The position numbers and the translations under genes were made by a program. From Planctomycetota bacterium (lineage in GTDB: Bacteria > Planctomycetota > UBA1135 > UBA2386): a stretch of 64,000 nucleotides of DNA. This document shows positions 50,302-60,271 of this stretch, piece by piece (position 1 is the first letter of the stretch; the number at the start of each line of letters is the position of its first letter). The notes beneath the pieces were generated by a model that worked only from the letters and a program-made list of their open reading frames with translations, searched no databases and had not been told where the DNA came from. Location of the stretch: NCBI GenBank assembly GCA_046290465.1, contig JBKAGP010000001.1, positions 3,616,001 through 3,680,000 on the forward strand, read 5' to 3'.

Positions 50302-51378
50302 CTAGGGGGACGTTCGGTTTGCGGGCCGGCACGTCGACAACGCGTAGAGAACCACCAATGCGAGCAGGCTGACGACGGCGACCTTGCCGGCGAGGGCAGG
50401 GCCGCCAGCCGCGGCGGCCTTGGCCGGCGCTGCGGCGAGGCCGAGCGTGTGGGCCAGCGCACCGCCGGCCATCAGGCCCGCGACGCCGACGAACGCATCG
50501 CCGTTGCCTTCGCCGGTCAGCACGATCAGGCGCACCGGGCAGCCCCCGCAGAGCGCGCCGCACAGGCCGACCAGCATCAATCCGAGCAGGTTCCAGAGCC
50601 AGACGCCGTGGGCGACCGGCGCGTCGAAGCCGAACGTGAAGCGACCGCCGACCAGGGCGACGAGCGCGTAGGTGCCGACCATCGCCCCCGCCGCGACCAG
50701 CATCGAACGGCGACCGCCGAACACCTGCCGCATCGCGGAGATGCCACAGAACCCGGTCGCCGACAGGATCGCGCCGGCCACACCGCCGATCGCGAGCGCC
50801 CACAGCCACGGAGCATGGCCGGGCGGACCACCGACGCCGGGACCGGGGCCGGCGAGCACGTCCGTCGCCACGAACACCACCAGCAGCCCGACGCACGCGA
50901 TCGGACCGAGCAGCCCGACCCCGAGCGGCACTTCGTGGGTCTTCCCGATCGAGTAGCCGCGCGCCTCGAACCCCATCGCGATCCGCACGCCGAGGCCGAA
51001 GCCCGGCAGCGCGAGCCAGGCGTTGAGGTCGCCGCCACCGAGCCGCTGGAACAGCCGGAACGGACAGCCGAGGAACACCAGCGCGCCGACGGCCATCGCC
51101 GCCGCCAGCAGGAACCGCGCCACCGCGTTGGATCCCGAGCGACCGACGTGGCGCCCGCTCACCAGACAGAACAACAGTGCGCCGAGCACGACGCCGGGCA
51201 CCTCCGGCCGCAGGATCGATGGCCCTTGGTGCAGGCCGAGCGCACCGGCGACGTCACGTGCGAAGCAGGCACCGCACAGCCCCATGTTCCCCGGGTTGCC
51301 CAACAGCACGAGCGCCGCCGCGAGCGCGCCGACCACCGCCATCAGCAGGACGCCCGCGGTTCGGCGGGCCGGAGTCAC
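50302..51378 (-). CDS. yedE: YedE/YeeE-family membrane protein, selenium-metabolism-associated subfamily
   Basis: GNPGNMGLCGACFARDVAGALGL, LRPE, FLGCPFR...LGGGD, GGCPVR...GEGNGD. Confidence 0.8.
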   Translation of the reverse strand: MTPARRTAGVLLMAVVGALAAALVLLGNPGNMGLCGACFARDVAGALGLHQGPSILRPEVPGVVLGALLFCLVSGRHVGRSGSNAVARFLLAAAMAVGALVFLGCPFRLFQRLGGGDLNAWLALPGFGLGVRIAMGFEARGYSIGKTHEVPLGVGLLGPIACVGLLVVFVATDVLAGPGPGVGGPPGHAPWLWALAIGGVAGAILSATGFCGISAMRQVFGGRRSMLVAAGAMVGTYALVALVGGRFTFGFDAPVAHGVWLWNLLGLMLVGLCGALCGGCPVRLIVLTGEGNGDAFVGVAGLMAGGALAHTLGLAAAPAKAAAAGGPALAGKVAVVSLLALVVLYALSTCRPANRTSP

Positions 51379-51585
51379 TTCGCCACGTAGCATCTGCGGA
51401 ACTGTGCGGCGAGCCGGCGACGCTGTCAGCAGGGAAATGCCACGCGACCGCCCCCGGCCCCTGGGTCGCGGACTGCAGCGTCGAGCAGGACCGCGTCCTC
51501 GTCGACTGGAGCCCGGTCGACGACGGCGTGCGCATCGAGTCGCAGCTGTCGATGACCCCGATCCGGTAGGCGCCTCGTCGGCGGA

Positions 51586-52068
51586 TCAGCGCTCCGACGA
51601 ACCCTCGCCGCGCCGTTCGCCGGCACCGCCGGACTCGCCTGGCTCGACGCCTTCGACGTGGACCTCGGTGATCTCGATCTTGACGTCGAGCTCCGGCCAC
51701 TCGTGCGCCGACAGACCGACGGAGTAGTCGCCGGAGAACCCGTCGAGCACGAGCTCGCCGCGCCAGCGACCGGCCATGGCGGGCAGCTGGCCGGTCTGCT
51801 CGACGTGACCGCCGCGAGCCGCCACCTGCCAGACGACCTTGCCGCCGGGATCGCGGAGCGAGAAGCGCGCCGCGCCGCCGACGCCGCACACGTCGAGGTC
51901 GACGTCGAGCACCGATGCGCGCTGCGGACACTGCAGGTCGAGCTGCACGGTCTCGCTGCGTTGCTCGATCCCGTAGGCCGCGTCGGTTCGCGAGATCGAG
52001 ATCGAATGGGTGGCGCAGGCGGAGAGCAGACCGAAGGTGGTGAACAGGGACAGGAAGAGCATTCGCAT
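51586..52068 (-). CDS. Hypothetical lipoprotein
   Basis: MRMLFLSLFTTFGLLSAC lipobox; beta-rich sequence. Confidence 0.7.
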   Translation of the reverse strand: MRMLFLSLFTTFGLLSACATHSISISRTDAAYGIEQRSETVQLDLQCPQRASVLDVDLDVCGVGGAARFSLRDPGGKVVWQVAARGGHVEQTGQLPAMAGRWRGELVLDGFSGDYSVGLSAHEWPELDVKIEITEVHVEGVEPGESGGAGERRGEGSSER

Positions 52069-52199
52069 CGCGGCGCGAGGTGGCCTGCCGGCGCGCACCG
52101 CCGTCGATCGTGGGCAGTTCTCCCGTCGACCGGTCGTCGCGCCCGCGTTGCCGCAGGCGGCATGGGTGGACCCGGGCAGGTTCGCGGTAGCATGCGCAG

Positions 52200-53030
52200 A
52201 TGGCGCGCGTCGGTGATGGCTATGAGCTCGAACCCGACCAGCTCGACGCGTTCGCGCGCGACGGCTGGGTGGTGTTGCCGGACTTCCTCGACGAGCAGGA
52301 GCTCGCGCCGCTCGAGCAGGCCTACATGCGCCTGCTGCGACGCGAGGTACCGGTCACCGGTCGCGACTACTGCGACATGACCGGCAACTACGCGCGGCCG
52401 ATCGAGCAGTTCGAGATCCTCAACGTGATGCTGCCGCGCACCTACCTGCCGGACCTGCAGGGCAACGTCTACGAACGGCGCGCCGCGGACGTCGTGCGGC
52501 AGCTGCTCGGGCACGGCTTTGCGATCGACTACGACCAGCTGGTCGCCAAGCCACCGCAGCGCCACGGCGCGGTGTTCGGGTGGCACCAGGACCTGGGCTA
52601 CTGGCCGATCACGCCGGACACCCGCACCGCCACGTTCTGGCTGGCGCTCGACGACGTCGCCGACGACAACGGCTGCGTGCGCTTCGTCGACGGCTCGCAC
52701 CGCGAACCGGAGCTGCGGGAACACGTGCCGCTCCAGGGGGACCGCGACGAGAACCACTCGCTGGTCGCCGAGGTCGACCCCCGACGCGACCGCATCCGCA
52801 GCGCGGCGATGAAGCGCGGCTCGGTGACGGTGCACCACGAACGGACCGTGCACGGCTCGGCCGGCAACCACAGCGACCGCTGGCGACGCGGCTACGTGCT
52901 GGCGTTCCGTTCGCAGGCGACGATCGCCGCCGAGCGCGCGATGGGCTTCACGCACTCGCACAACGACGAGGTCGAGGTGCTGACGATGATCGGCGAGCAG
53001 ACGCGCCGCCGGCAGGCGCGCCGGGACTGA
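52200..53030 (+). CDS. Phytanoyl-CoA dioxygenase (PhyH) family Fe/2OG enzyme
   Basis: WHQD, WLALDD..DNGC, HGSAGN..RR. Confidence 0.9.
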   Translation: MARVGDGYELEPDQLDAFARDGWVVLPDFLDEQELAPLEQAYMRLLRREVPVTGRDYCDMTGNYARPIEQFEILNVMLPRTYLPDLQGNVYERRAADVVRQLLGHGFAIDYDQLVAKPPQRHGAVFGWHQDLGYWPITPDTRTATFWLALDDVADDNGCVRFVDGSHREPELREHVPLQGDRDENHSLVAEVDPRRDRIRSAAMKRGSVTVHHERTVHGSAGNHSDRWRRGYVLAFRSQATIAAERAMGFTHSHNDEVEVLTMIGEQTRRRQARRD

Positions 53031-53134
53031 CGGCGGTCGCGGCGGCCGGCTCGCATCCGCCAGGACAGCGATCCACTGGCTCGCCTGGGGCCGCGGCCCC
53101 CGGCCAAGGCGACGGGCTCGCGGCCCCATTCCGA

Positions 53135-53333
53135 ATGCACGATCGTGCACGCGAGCACTGCCACCGCCCGCCATGCCGTGGTCACGAGCACATGCATGCA
53201 CGTTCGTGCATCCCAATGGCGAACGGCCCCCCAATCCAACGCGCCGGGGCCGCGATATGCATGTTCGTGCATTGCGTCTTGCGCTCAGGCCCCAGATCGC
53301 CGATCTTCCGCCATGACATGCACGATCATGCAT
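53135..53333. promoter_or_regulatory. Four 16-bp palindromes (consensus ATGCACGWTCGTGCAT) at an exact 61-bp period; probable HipB operators
   Basis: Copies start at 53135, 53196, 53257 and 53318; the last begins at the hipB ATG. Confidence 0.8.
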
Positions 53334-53548
53334 TTCCACAATCGCTCGGCGAACGCCTCCGCCAACGCCGCGCCGAGCTCGGGCTGAAGCAGGTCGACCT
53401 CGCCGAGCTCGCCGGCTGCTCGACCCGCTTCGTGCACGCAGCGGAGGCCGGCAAGCCGACCCTCCGACTCGACAAGCTGCTGCAGCTGCTCGACGTGCTG
53501 GGCCTGCGGCTGGTCGTCGAGCCCGCGCACGGAGGCGATCCCCGATGA
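53318..53548 (+). CDS. hipB: HipB-like XRE HTH antitoxin
   Basis: LRQRRAELGLKQVDLAELAGCSTRFV..AEAGKPTLRLDKL; ATGA overlap with hipA. Confidence 0.88.
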   Translation: MHDHAFPQSLGERLRQRRAELGLKQVDLAELAGCSTRFVHAAEAGKPTLRLDKLLQLLDVLGLRLVVEPAHGGDPR

Positions 53549-54786
53549 ACGCCCCCGACTACCGGCGGGTCGCGGTCGGCGCCGTGCACAAGGCCGGCGA
53601 ACCCGCCGCCCGCCTGACCCGCGAAGCCGACGGCGGGATCACGTTCTGCTACGAGCCCGGCTACCGCGGCCCCGCCGTCGCCACGTCCCTGCCGCTCGGC
53701 GCCGAGCCGGTGCGCACCGTCGGCGGCGCGCTGCCGCCGTTCTTCAGCGGCCTGCTGCCCGAGGGCCGGCGGCTGACCGCCATCCGCAGCGCGGTGAAGA
53801 CCTCGGCCGACGACGAACTGTCGCTGCTGCTGGCGGTCGGCGCCGACGTCGTCGGCGACGTCCAGGTCCTGCCCGAAGGAACCTCCGCACCGCCCGACGA
53901 GCAGACCCAGCCCAAACGGCAGACCCAGGCCCACCAGCAGATCCAGGCCGTCGGCTCGTTCGCGGACGTGTCGTTCCGCGAAGTGTTCGAACGCGCAGTC
54001 GGCCCGGAGGCCGAAGACCGCACCGCGCTCGCAGGCGTGCAGGACAAGGTCTCCGGCCGGATGATCTCGCTACCGGTCGAACATCGCGACGCCGCCTGGA
54101 TCCTCAAGCTCGATCCCCCCGAGTTTCCGCACCTGGTCGCCAACGAAGCGTTCTTCCTGGCGGCGGCGCGCGAGTCGGGGCTCACGGTCGCCGAGGCGCA
54201 CGTCGTGCACGACCGCGACGGCGCACCGGGACTGCTCGTGCGTCGCTTCGACCGCGTGCCCGGCGACGACGGCCGGACGCTCGAGCCGCGCGCCCAGGAG
54301 GACGCCTGCCAGGTGCTCGGCCGCTACCCCGCGGACAAGTATCGCCTGACCACCGAAGAACTGATCGCCGGCCTCGCCGCACGAACGGGCGCACCGATCG
54401 TGGCCGCACGCACGCTGCTGCAGCAGCTCGCGTTTGCCTACCTGAGCTGCAACGGCGACGCCCACGGCAAGAACTTCTCGATCGTGCACACCGGCACGGA
54501 ATGGCGCGTCTCCCCGGCCTACGACCGGCCCTCGACCCATCCGTATCGCGACGTCACGATGGCGCTGCCGATCGCCGGCAAGGACCGCGAGGACATCGGC
54601 CGCGCCGACTTCGTGACGGCGGGCGAGGCCTGCGGCGTGCCCGCCCGCGCCACCGCGCGGATGCTGGACCAACTGGTGAGCACGGCACCGCGCTGGCTCG
54701 AGCGACTGCACGAGCTGCCGTTCGACGGGCGTGCGGTGCACAAGCTCGAGAAGGCGTGTCGGTATCGGCTGGAGCGGTTGCGGTGA
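53545..54786 (+). CDS. hipA: HipA-family kinase toxin
   Basis: LPPFFSGLLPEG, AGVQDK, RRFDR, QEDACQ, NGDAHGKNFS, SPAYD. Confidence 0.92.
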   Translation: MNAPDYRRVAVGAVHKAGEPAARLTREADGGITFCYEPGYRGPAVATSLPLGAEPVRTVGGALPPFFSGLLPEGRRLTAIRSAVKTSADDELSLLLAVGADVVGDVQVLPEGTSAPPDEQTQPKRQTQAHQQIQAVGSFADVSFREVFERAVGPEAEDRTALAGVQDKVSGRMISLPVEHRDAAWILKLDPPEFPHLVANEAFFLAAARESGLTVAEAHVVHDRDGAPGLLVRRFDRVPGDDGRTLEPRAQEDACQVLGRYPADKYRLTTEELIAGLAARTGAPIVAARTLLQQLAFAYLSCNGDAHGKNFSIVHTGTEWRVSPAYDRPSTHPYRDVTMALPIAGKDREDIGRADFVTAGEACGVPARATARMLDQLVSTAPRWLERLHELPFDGRAVHKLEKACRYRLERLR

Positions 54787-54888
54787 GTGCGGACTGCGTG
54801 CGCGCGGGGCACCCGTGGTCTGGGGATCATCCGCAAGCTGCGCGAAGCCGGACCGCCGCGACCGCCATCGCCACGAGGCACCACACCC

Positions 54889-56748
54889 TCACCTCTTCGT
54901 TGCGGTCAGGGTGATCTGCTCGACACGCCGCGACGACAACGACACGACGCTGCGGTCCAGCACGTTGGAACCCTCGAGCAGGGTGACCACGTAGTCCCCC
55001 GGCGGCTCGACCAACCGAACCATCTCGCCGCCCTGCACACGGCGCATCGGTCGGGCGATGTGCATGAAGTCGCATCGCACGATCATGAGCTGGAGCGGGA
55101 CGGCACGTGCATCGGCCACCTCTACGACGCATTGGGCAAAGGGCGCGAGCCGCAAGCGCCCCTCGCGCAACACCTTCATCAGTTGCGGACCACTCAGCAG
55201 GGCGCCACCCCCGTCATCCGAGTCCCATCGGAACGCATCCCCAAGCTCTTCGCCCCGTATCCACACGTCGTGCACGCCCGAGAAGCGCTGGACCTCCTTC
55301 CAATCACCCCACATCCCTCGCACGAACCTCGCCTGCTTGACGGAGCCAACCGCATTCGCAGCGCACTCGACCCGGAGCGGATAGCGCTCCTGGACTCCGA
55401 CTGCATCGACCACGAGGTCCTGACGGCTACGAGCCCCTGGCTCGCAAACGACATCCACGCTACCGACGTGGCCGCCAACGACGAGAGGGCCGCTGATCGC
55501 CACTCGCCATATCCCGGCAAGCGGCGGAGGAGACGCAAACCGGAACTCCCCACTGCCGCTGGTCTCCGCCTGCATGTGCCAGCGATGAGGCATGCCAAGA
55601 CCAGCGGCACTGCCAAGGTCCATCGCCCGGAATACGTCGACAGCCAATCCCGCAGCATCGAGCGGCACCGCCTCGAGCGTCACGCCAGGCAGTGGCCGCC
55701 CCTCGCACAACACCATGCCCGCCAGTGGCTCGGACTCATGCACGTGCAAGTCACAATGCGCGCGCCGAACATCCGCGTCCACACGCACGCGGGAGACCGA
55801 ACCCACATACCCCGTCGCCATGACGGTCACCTGGTATTCGCCTGGCCTGGGCAAGTCCAACGAATAGGACCCGTCATCGGCGGAGGAGAGCTTCGTATGG
55901 AATGGGCTGGCAAGGAACTCGCCCATACCTGATACGGCGATGCGAGCGCCAGACACCCCGACCCCATCGTGGAGCACCCGCCCAGCGAGACGGTAGGTGG
56001 GCGCCCCGACCCTCAGCTCCACTCGAGACACCCCACCCGGAGCGACGCTGACCAGAGTGGATGGAGACACCATCCCTTCACCATCCGTTGCGGCGACGTA
56101 ATAGACCCCATCGGGGCTGACCCTCAATTCGGCGCCCCCATCCGGCCCGGACCTCGCATGCCCAGCACCGGCATATGGCTTGCCCTGCGCGTCTCCAGCG
56201 ACGCCCCGAACGGTCGCGGCCACGATCGCCCCGGAAACCGGCGCATCGTGTTCGTCCAATACCGTGGCCGCGATCCGCGCCCAGGGCCGCAACTCCATGA
56301 GCACCTCGTCCGCCCCAGCGGTCGTCGCCACAGCCAGGGACCTGGTCCCAAACCGCTCGTGGGAAGCCTCCAGTTCCACCAGCCCGACGGGTAGCCCGAC
56401 CCGCATCCCGCCGTCGTCTTCCGTCAAGCCTTCCTGGACGTGATCGCCGCTACGGATCCAGACCCGCACACCGCCGACACGTTGGCCACCTGGCGCCTGG
56501 ACGAGAATGAGATCTCGAACGAGGTCTTCGCCGGAGAGCGCATCACGCACCACCGGCTCCGTTGAAGGGACGTTCCCCTGCGCTGGTGCGGCTGCGCCTT
56601 GTCGATGCGAACCATCGTCACGCTCACCACGAGGCCTCGGAACGCCGCTGCTGGCGATGATCGCCAACAGAACGACGCCGAGAACCAGCGCAGTTGCCGC
56701 CAGCACCGCGAGCCGAACACGTGCGCTGTCCATTGCCTCTCCCATCAC
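54889..56748 (-). CDS. Membrane-anchored protein with carboxypeptidase-regulatory-like (Cna-B-type) beta-sandwich repeats
   Basis: N-terminal TM; repeats such as VLDEHDAPVSGA, GRVLHDGVGVSGA and SADDGSY. Start uncertain (56748-56733). Confidence 0.7.
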   Translation of the reverse strand: MMGEAMDSARVRLAVLAATALVLGVVLLAIIASSGVPRPRGERDDGSHRQGAAAPAQGNVPSTEPVVRDALSGEDLVRDLILVQAPGGQRVGGVRVWIRSGDHVQEGLTEDDGGMRVGLPVGLVELEASHERFGTRSLAVATTAGADEVLMELRPWARIAATVLDEHDAPVSGAIVAATVRGVAGDAQGKPYAGAGHARSGPDGGAELRVSPDGVYYVAATDGEGMVSPSTLVSVAPGGVSRVELRVGAPTYRLAGRVLHDGVGVSGARIAVSGMGEFLASPFHTKLSSADDGSYSLDLPRPGEYQVTVMATGYVGSVSRVRVDADVRRAHCDLHVHESEPLAGMVLCEGRPLPGVTLEAVPLDAAGLAVDVFRAMDLGSAAGLGMPHRWHMQAETSGSGEFRFASPPPLAGIWRVAISGPLVVGGHVGSVDVVCEPGARSRQDLVVDAVGVQERYPLRVECAANAVGSVKQARFVRGMWGDWKEVQRFSGVHDVWIRGEELGDAFRWDSDDGGGALLSGPQLMKVLREGRLRLAPFAQCVVEVADARAVPLQLMIVRCDFMHIARPMRRVQGGEMVRLVEPPGDYVVTLLEGSNVLDRSVVSLSSRRVEQITLTATKR

Positions 56749-56963
56749 CGATTGCCCCTGCTGCTCCAGACCCGCACCGCCAAGGCAGCATCGCCATCCG
56801 TTGCAGCGCGGCGGTCACGGAATGGTGCAATCTTGCGAGACGCAACGATCCGCAACAACCGCCCTGAAGCCAACACAGGAACACCCGGGCCGATTCCCCC
56901 GGCAAAGCCACGCGGCCTTCGTCCACCTGACGCGACGACCGGCAGCACGGCTGCCCCACATCG

Positions 56964-58055
56964 ATGACCCACCACCTACTGCGATCCACTCTCGGCGCTG
57001 CCCTGCTCGCATCGCCACTCCTTGCCCAGCAGGATGCGCGCGACCTCCATCAGAAGCTCGTCGAAGAGCACGTCGCAGCGAAGCTGGCACGTTCTGCCGA
57101 GTCGACGCGCATCCGGCAGTCCGCGGCCTACAGGCAAGCCGTCGAAACCGGCGACTTCGACGGCAGCCGCAAGCTCCTCGCGAAGCTGCCCGACACCGAA
57201 GCGGCCATGCGTCCCAGGTTCGAGGCTGCGCGCGCCAGGTTCAAAGGCACACCGGGCGAGGCCTGGTTCCTCGCCTGGCTGCTCGACAACGTCATGCCGC
57301 CGCGTGGCCAGCCAAGCCCGTATGCGCAGCAGCTGCTCGAGCGGCACGCGGACCACGAGATCTGGAAGACCCTCGCGCCGAACGCCCGCTACTTCTTCGG
57401 CAAGGACCCGAGTGAGGCCCTCGCCACCCTGCTCGCCAAGACGCCGTTCGACGAAGTGCGGGTGTGGGTGCGCTACGGCCAGGCACGCACCAGGCTTCGC
57501 TCGAAGTCCACGAGCGAGGAACAACGAAAGCTCGCGCAAGCTGAGCTGGACCGCATCGTGCGCGAGCACCCCGACAGCATCCCCGCGATGACGATCGCTG
57601 CGCCGCAGTTCCAGAAGGAGCACCTCCAGGTCGGCATGAAGGCGCCGGACATCGAGGGCGTCGACCTGGACGGCAAGGCGTTTCGACTGACGGACTACCG
57701 CGGCAAGGTCGTGTTGCTCGACTTCTGGGGCGATTGGTGAGGCCCGTGCCGGGCCATGTACCCCCACGAGCGGTCGCTCGTGCAGAAGTGGAAGGACCAG
57801 CCGTTCGCCCTGATCGGCGTCAACTCGGATGCCAACCTCGCCTACGCCAAGGCTCGCGTTCGACAGGAGCAGATCAACTGGCGTTCGTTCTGGAACGGCC
57901 CGCTCGGGACGTCGGGACCGATCTCCAGCCGGTGGGGCGTGCGCGCCTGGCCGACGCTGTACGTCCTGGATCACGAGGGAGTGATCCGGTCGATCGATCC
58001 ACGCGGTGAGGCGTTGGATGATGTTCTGACGGAGCTGATCGGGCGGGCGCGTTAG
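56964..58055 (+). CDS. Probable selenoprotein: secreted TlpA/ResA-like redoxin with a U-G-P-C active site (TGA at 57738-57740)
   Basis: ORFs 56964-57740 and 57756-58055 are in the same frame and read through as VVLLDFWGDW-U-GPCRAMYPHE...WPTLYVLDHEGVIR. Confidence 0.85.
57741..57784 (+). promoter_or_regulatory. Candidate bacterial SECIS element
   Basis: CACGAGC-GGTC-GCTCGTG hairpin (57765-57782), G-initiated loop 31 nt after the UGA; second hairpin GGCCC-GTGCC-GGGCC directly after the UGA. Confidence 0.65.
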
Positions 58056-58208
58056 GGCGCGGCGCTGGTGTGCCATTGCGACGATTGCGGCACCAGGCCA
58101 GCCAACTGTCGGGCGGACGACGCCTCGTCTGCGCCGGCGCGGCGGTGATGTGACCCGCGGCGCCAGCTCCGCAAGCGGCACGCCCACACCGACGGTCCGC
58201 CGCCACCC

Positions 58209-60131
58209 TCAGAACACCCGGAACGTCGTCGGCTCGGCCAGATAGGCAGCGCCAGCAGCCCGCAGGAACAGCGGCTGCACGAACCACTCGCTGCCCGCGA
58301 ACACCGGCAGCGCCGGGATCGTGACCGTGAAGTCGAGGGTGTGCCCGGCACCGGACTGGCCATACAGCGCGAGCGACGTCGCTGCCGGATCGAGCCATAG
58401 CTGGCCGAACGGCGGCAGGTTGATCCCGGCGGGTGCCCGCGGGCCGAAGCCGACCAGCGCGAACTCGCCGCTGTCGAGAAGCAGCTGATGACGCAGCGCC
58501 GAGCCGCGGCCGATCGCGACCAGGTCGTGCGGCAGACCCTGCCACGACGTGTGCTCGCCGAACTCCGAGAACATGTGCAGCCGGGACGCCGTTCGCGCCC
58601 ATGCAAACTGGCGCCAGACGCCGCGATCGAGCACCGGCTCGGACGTCACCCGTTCTCCGACACGGCCCGTTCTCGCCGAGTAGCCGAGGAGGCGGTTGCC
58701 CTCCTGTGCGAGCAGCACCGAACTGGCCCAACCCACCGACGAGACCTCGGGCGCCCGGGAACCGACCGCGATCGGCACGGCCAGCCAGCGCGAACGCGCC
58801 GCGTCGAACACGTGCATCGTCGTGGCGTCGTAGGCGGCGAGCGCCGTCGAGAGCCCGTAGACCAGCTGCAGGCCCGGCATCGCCAGCGGCACGAACGCCC
58901 CGTCGTGCGCCGAGAAGCCGACCAGTCCGCCGCTGGTCGACAGGATCGCACCGTTGTCGCCGAAGGACCACGGCGACTGCGCGCCGGCAGGCGCGGGATA
59001 CCACTGCCCGGTGAGCCCACTGAACAGCCACATCTGCCCGCTGGAGTCGGTGCCCACCGCGACGTGGTCGCCGCCAACCGAACCCGTGCCCGGCGGCGTG
59101 CCGGGAAGCGGCGTCAGCTGGTTGGTGACCGCACTGAAGCCGAGCGTCGTGCCGCCGTCCTGGAACATGCCAACCGTCACCCCACCGACGTTGCCGGTGG
59201 CGCCCGCCGGCAACGGAACCCAGCTGCCACCGGTGCCGATCACGTGCATCGGCTGCCCGGCCGCGGCTCCGCGCACCAGCATCCCCGACAGCTCGTAGCC
59301 CGGACTGTTGCCGAACGTGTAGGTGGGATACGGCGTCTGCGCGAACTGGCCGTTGAGTCCGCAGTAGACCGCGCCGCGGTATTGGATCAGGTCGGAGCGA
59401 TCGTTCTCGACGATCGTTCCGCCCGACAGGTTGGTGGCCACCGGCAGCACGTCGAGCACGCCGCGCTGCGCCGAGAACCCGATGGTCTCGTTGGCGAACA
59501 GGAGCATCGCCGACCCGCCGTTGACGCGCACCCTGAGCGCGCCCGGCCGCGCCGGCAGGTCGTGCCATTGGCTTCGGAACGCGTCGAAGATCGCAGCCCC
59601 CTCGGTCGGCCCGCTGTAGGTCGAGTCGGCGAACACGCAGATGCGATCGTGCAGGGACATCGACCAGGTCGCCGGCACTGCGTGTGTCGACCAGGTGCCG
59701 GTGTAGGCCGAGAACACGTGCGCGGTGTCGTTGTGACGCACCACGAACAGGCCCGCCGAGATGTCCCAGGTCGAAGCCGAGAACGGCACCAACTGGGTCG
59801 CAAACGTGCCGCGGAACGGCGAGAACGCGGTCCAGCGATCCGACTCGGGCACGGCGACCAGATGGTCCTCGATCTGCTGGGACGTGCCGAAGCTCGGAGC
59901 GTGTGCGTACCACTGCCGCGTGATCGCCGAGTAGACACGCATGTAGAGGCCGTCGCGATACACGGCCACGGTGGCGCCGCGCGTGAACTTCGCCGGATCG
60001 ACCCCGCCCGGCGGGGACAGCGTGGCCCACGACGAAGGCGACTGGGCAAGGCCTGGGGTCGCGCTGCACATGGCGGCGATCGACAGACACACGGCGAGCC
60101 ACGTGGCGCGCTGGCAGATTGCATTCTTCAT
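58209..60131 (-). CDS. Hypothetical secreted beta-repeat protein
   Basis: Signal peptide; recurring (Y/F)S..TG.W repeats; C-terminal IPALPVFAG..Q domain. Confidence 0.75.
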   Translation of the reverse strand: MKNAICQRATWLAVCLSIAAMCSATPGLAQSPSSWATLSPPGGVDPAKFTRGATVAVYRDGLYMRVYSAITRQWYAHAPSFGTSQQIEDHLVAVPESDRWTAFSPFRGTFATQLVPFSASTWDISAGLFVVRHNDTAHVFSAYTGTWSTHAVPATWSMSLHDRICVFADSTYSGPTEGAAIFDAFRSQWHDLPARPGALRVRVNGGSAMLLFANETIGFSAQRGVLDVLPVATNLSGGTIVENDRSDLIQYRGAVYCGLNGQFAQTPYPTYTFGNSPGYELSGMLVRGAAAGQPMHVIGTGGSWVPLPAGATGNVGGVTVGMFQDGGTTLGFSAVTNQLTPLPGTPPGTGSVGGDHVAVGTDSSGQMWLFSGLTGQWYPAPAGAQSPWSFGDNGAILSTSGGLVGFSAHDGAFVPLAMPGLQLVYGLSTALAAYDATTMHVFDAARSRWLAVPIAVGSRAPEVSSVGWASSVLLAQEGNRLLGYSARTGRVGERVTSEPVLDRGVWRQFAWARTASRLHMFSEFGEHTSWQGLPHDLVAIGRGSALRHQLLLDSGEFALVGFGPRAPAGINLPPFGQLWLDPAATSLALYGQSGAGHTLDFTVTIPALPVFAGSEWFVQPLFLRAAGAAYLAEPTTFRVF

Positions 60132-60271
60132 GACTCTCCTCGGGTGGGGCTGCGCAGCATATCCGATGTAACGCGTCCCGCAGGTCGATGGCTCCGCCGG
60201 GCGATAGCAGGGTGCCCTGGCCGGGTAGTTCCCGACCCAGTGCGCCAGGTCCCTGCGTAACGGTTGCTGCA

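Noticed and set aside
51400..51569. Possible short gene or fragment ending ...VLVDWSPVDDGVRIESQLSMTPIR
   Set aside because: Codon bias looks coding, but there is no convincing start or recognisable family, and it is not SirA/YedF-like.
53135..53333. Mini CRISPR array (repeat-spacer period of 61 bp)
   Set aside because: Repeats are only 16 bp and degenerate, there are no cas genes, and the last repeat overlaps the hipB start. Operators are the simpler explanation.
57738..57740. Nonsense mutation (pseudogene) or two separate genes
   Set aside because: The stop coincides exactly with the redox-active residue and is followed by a SECIS-like hairpin, so Sec recoding is more likely, though not proven.
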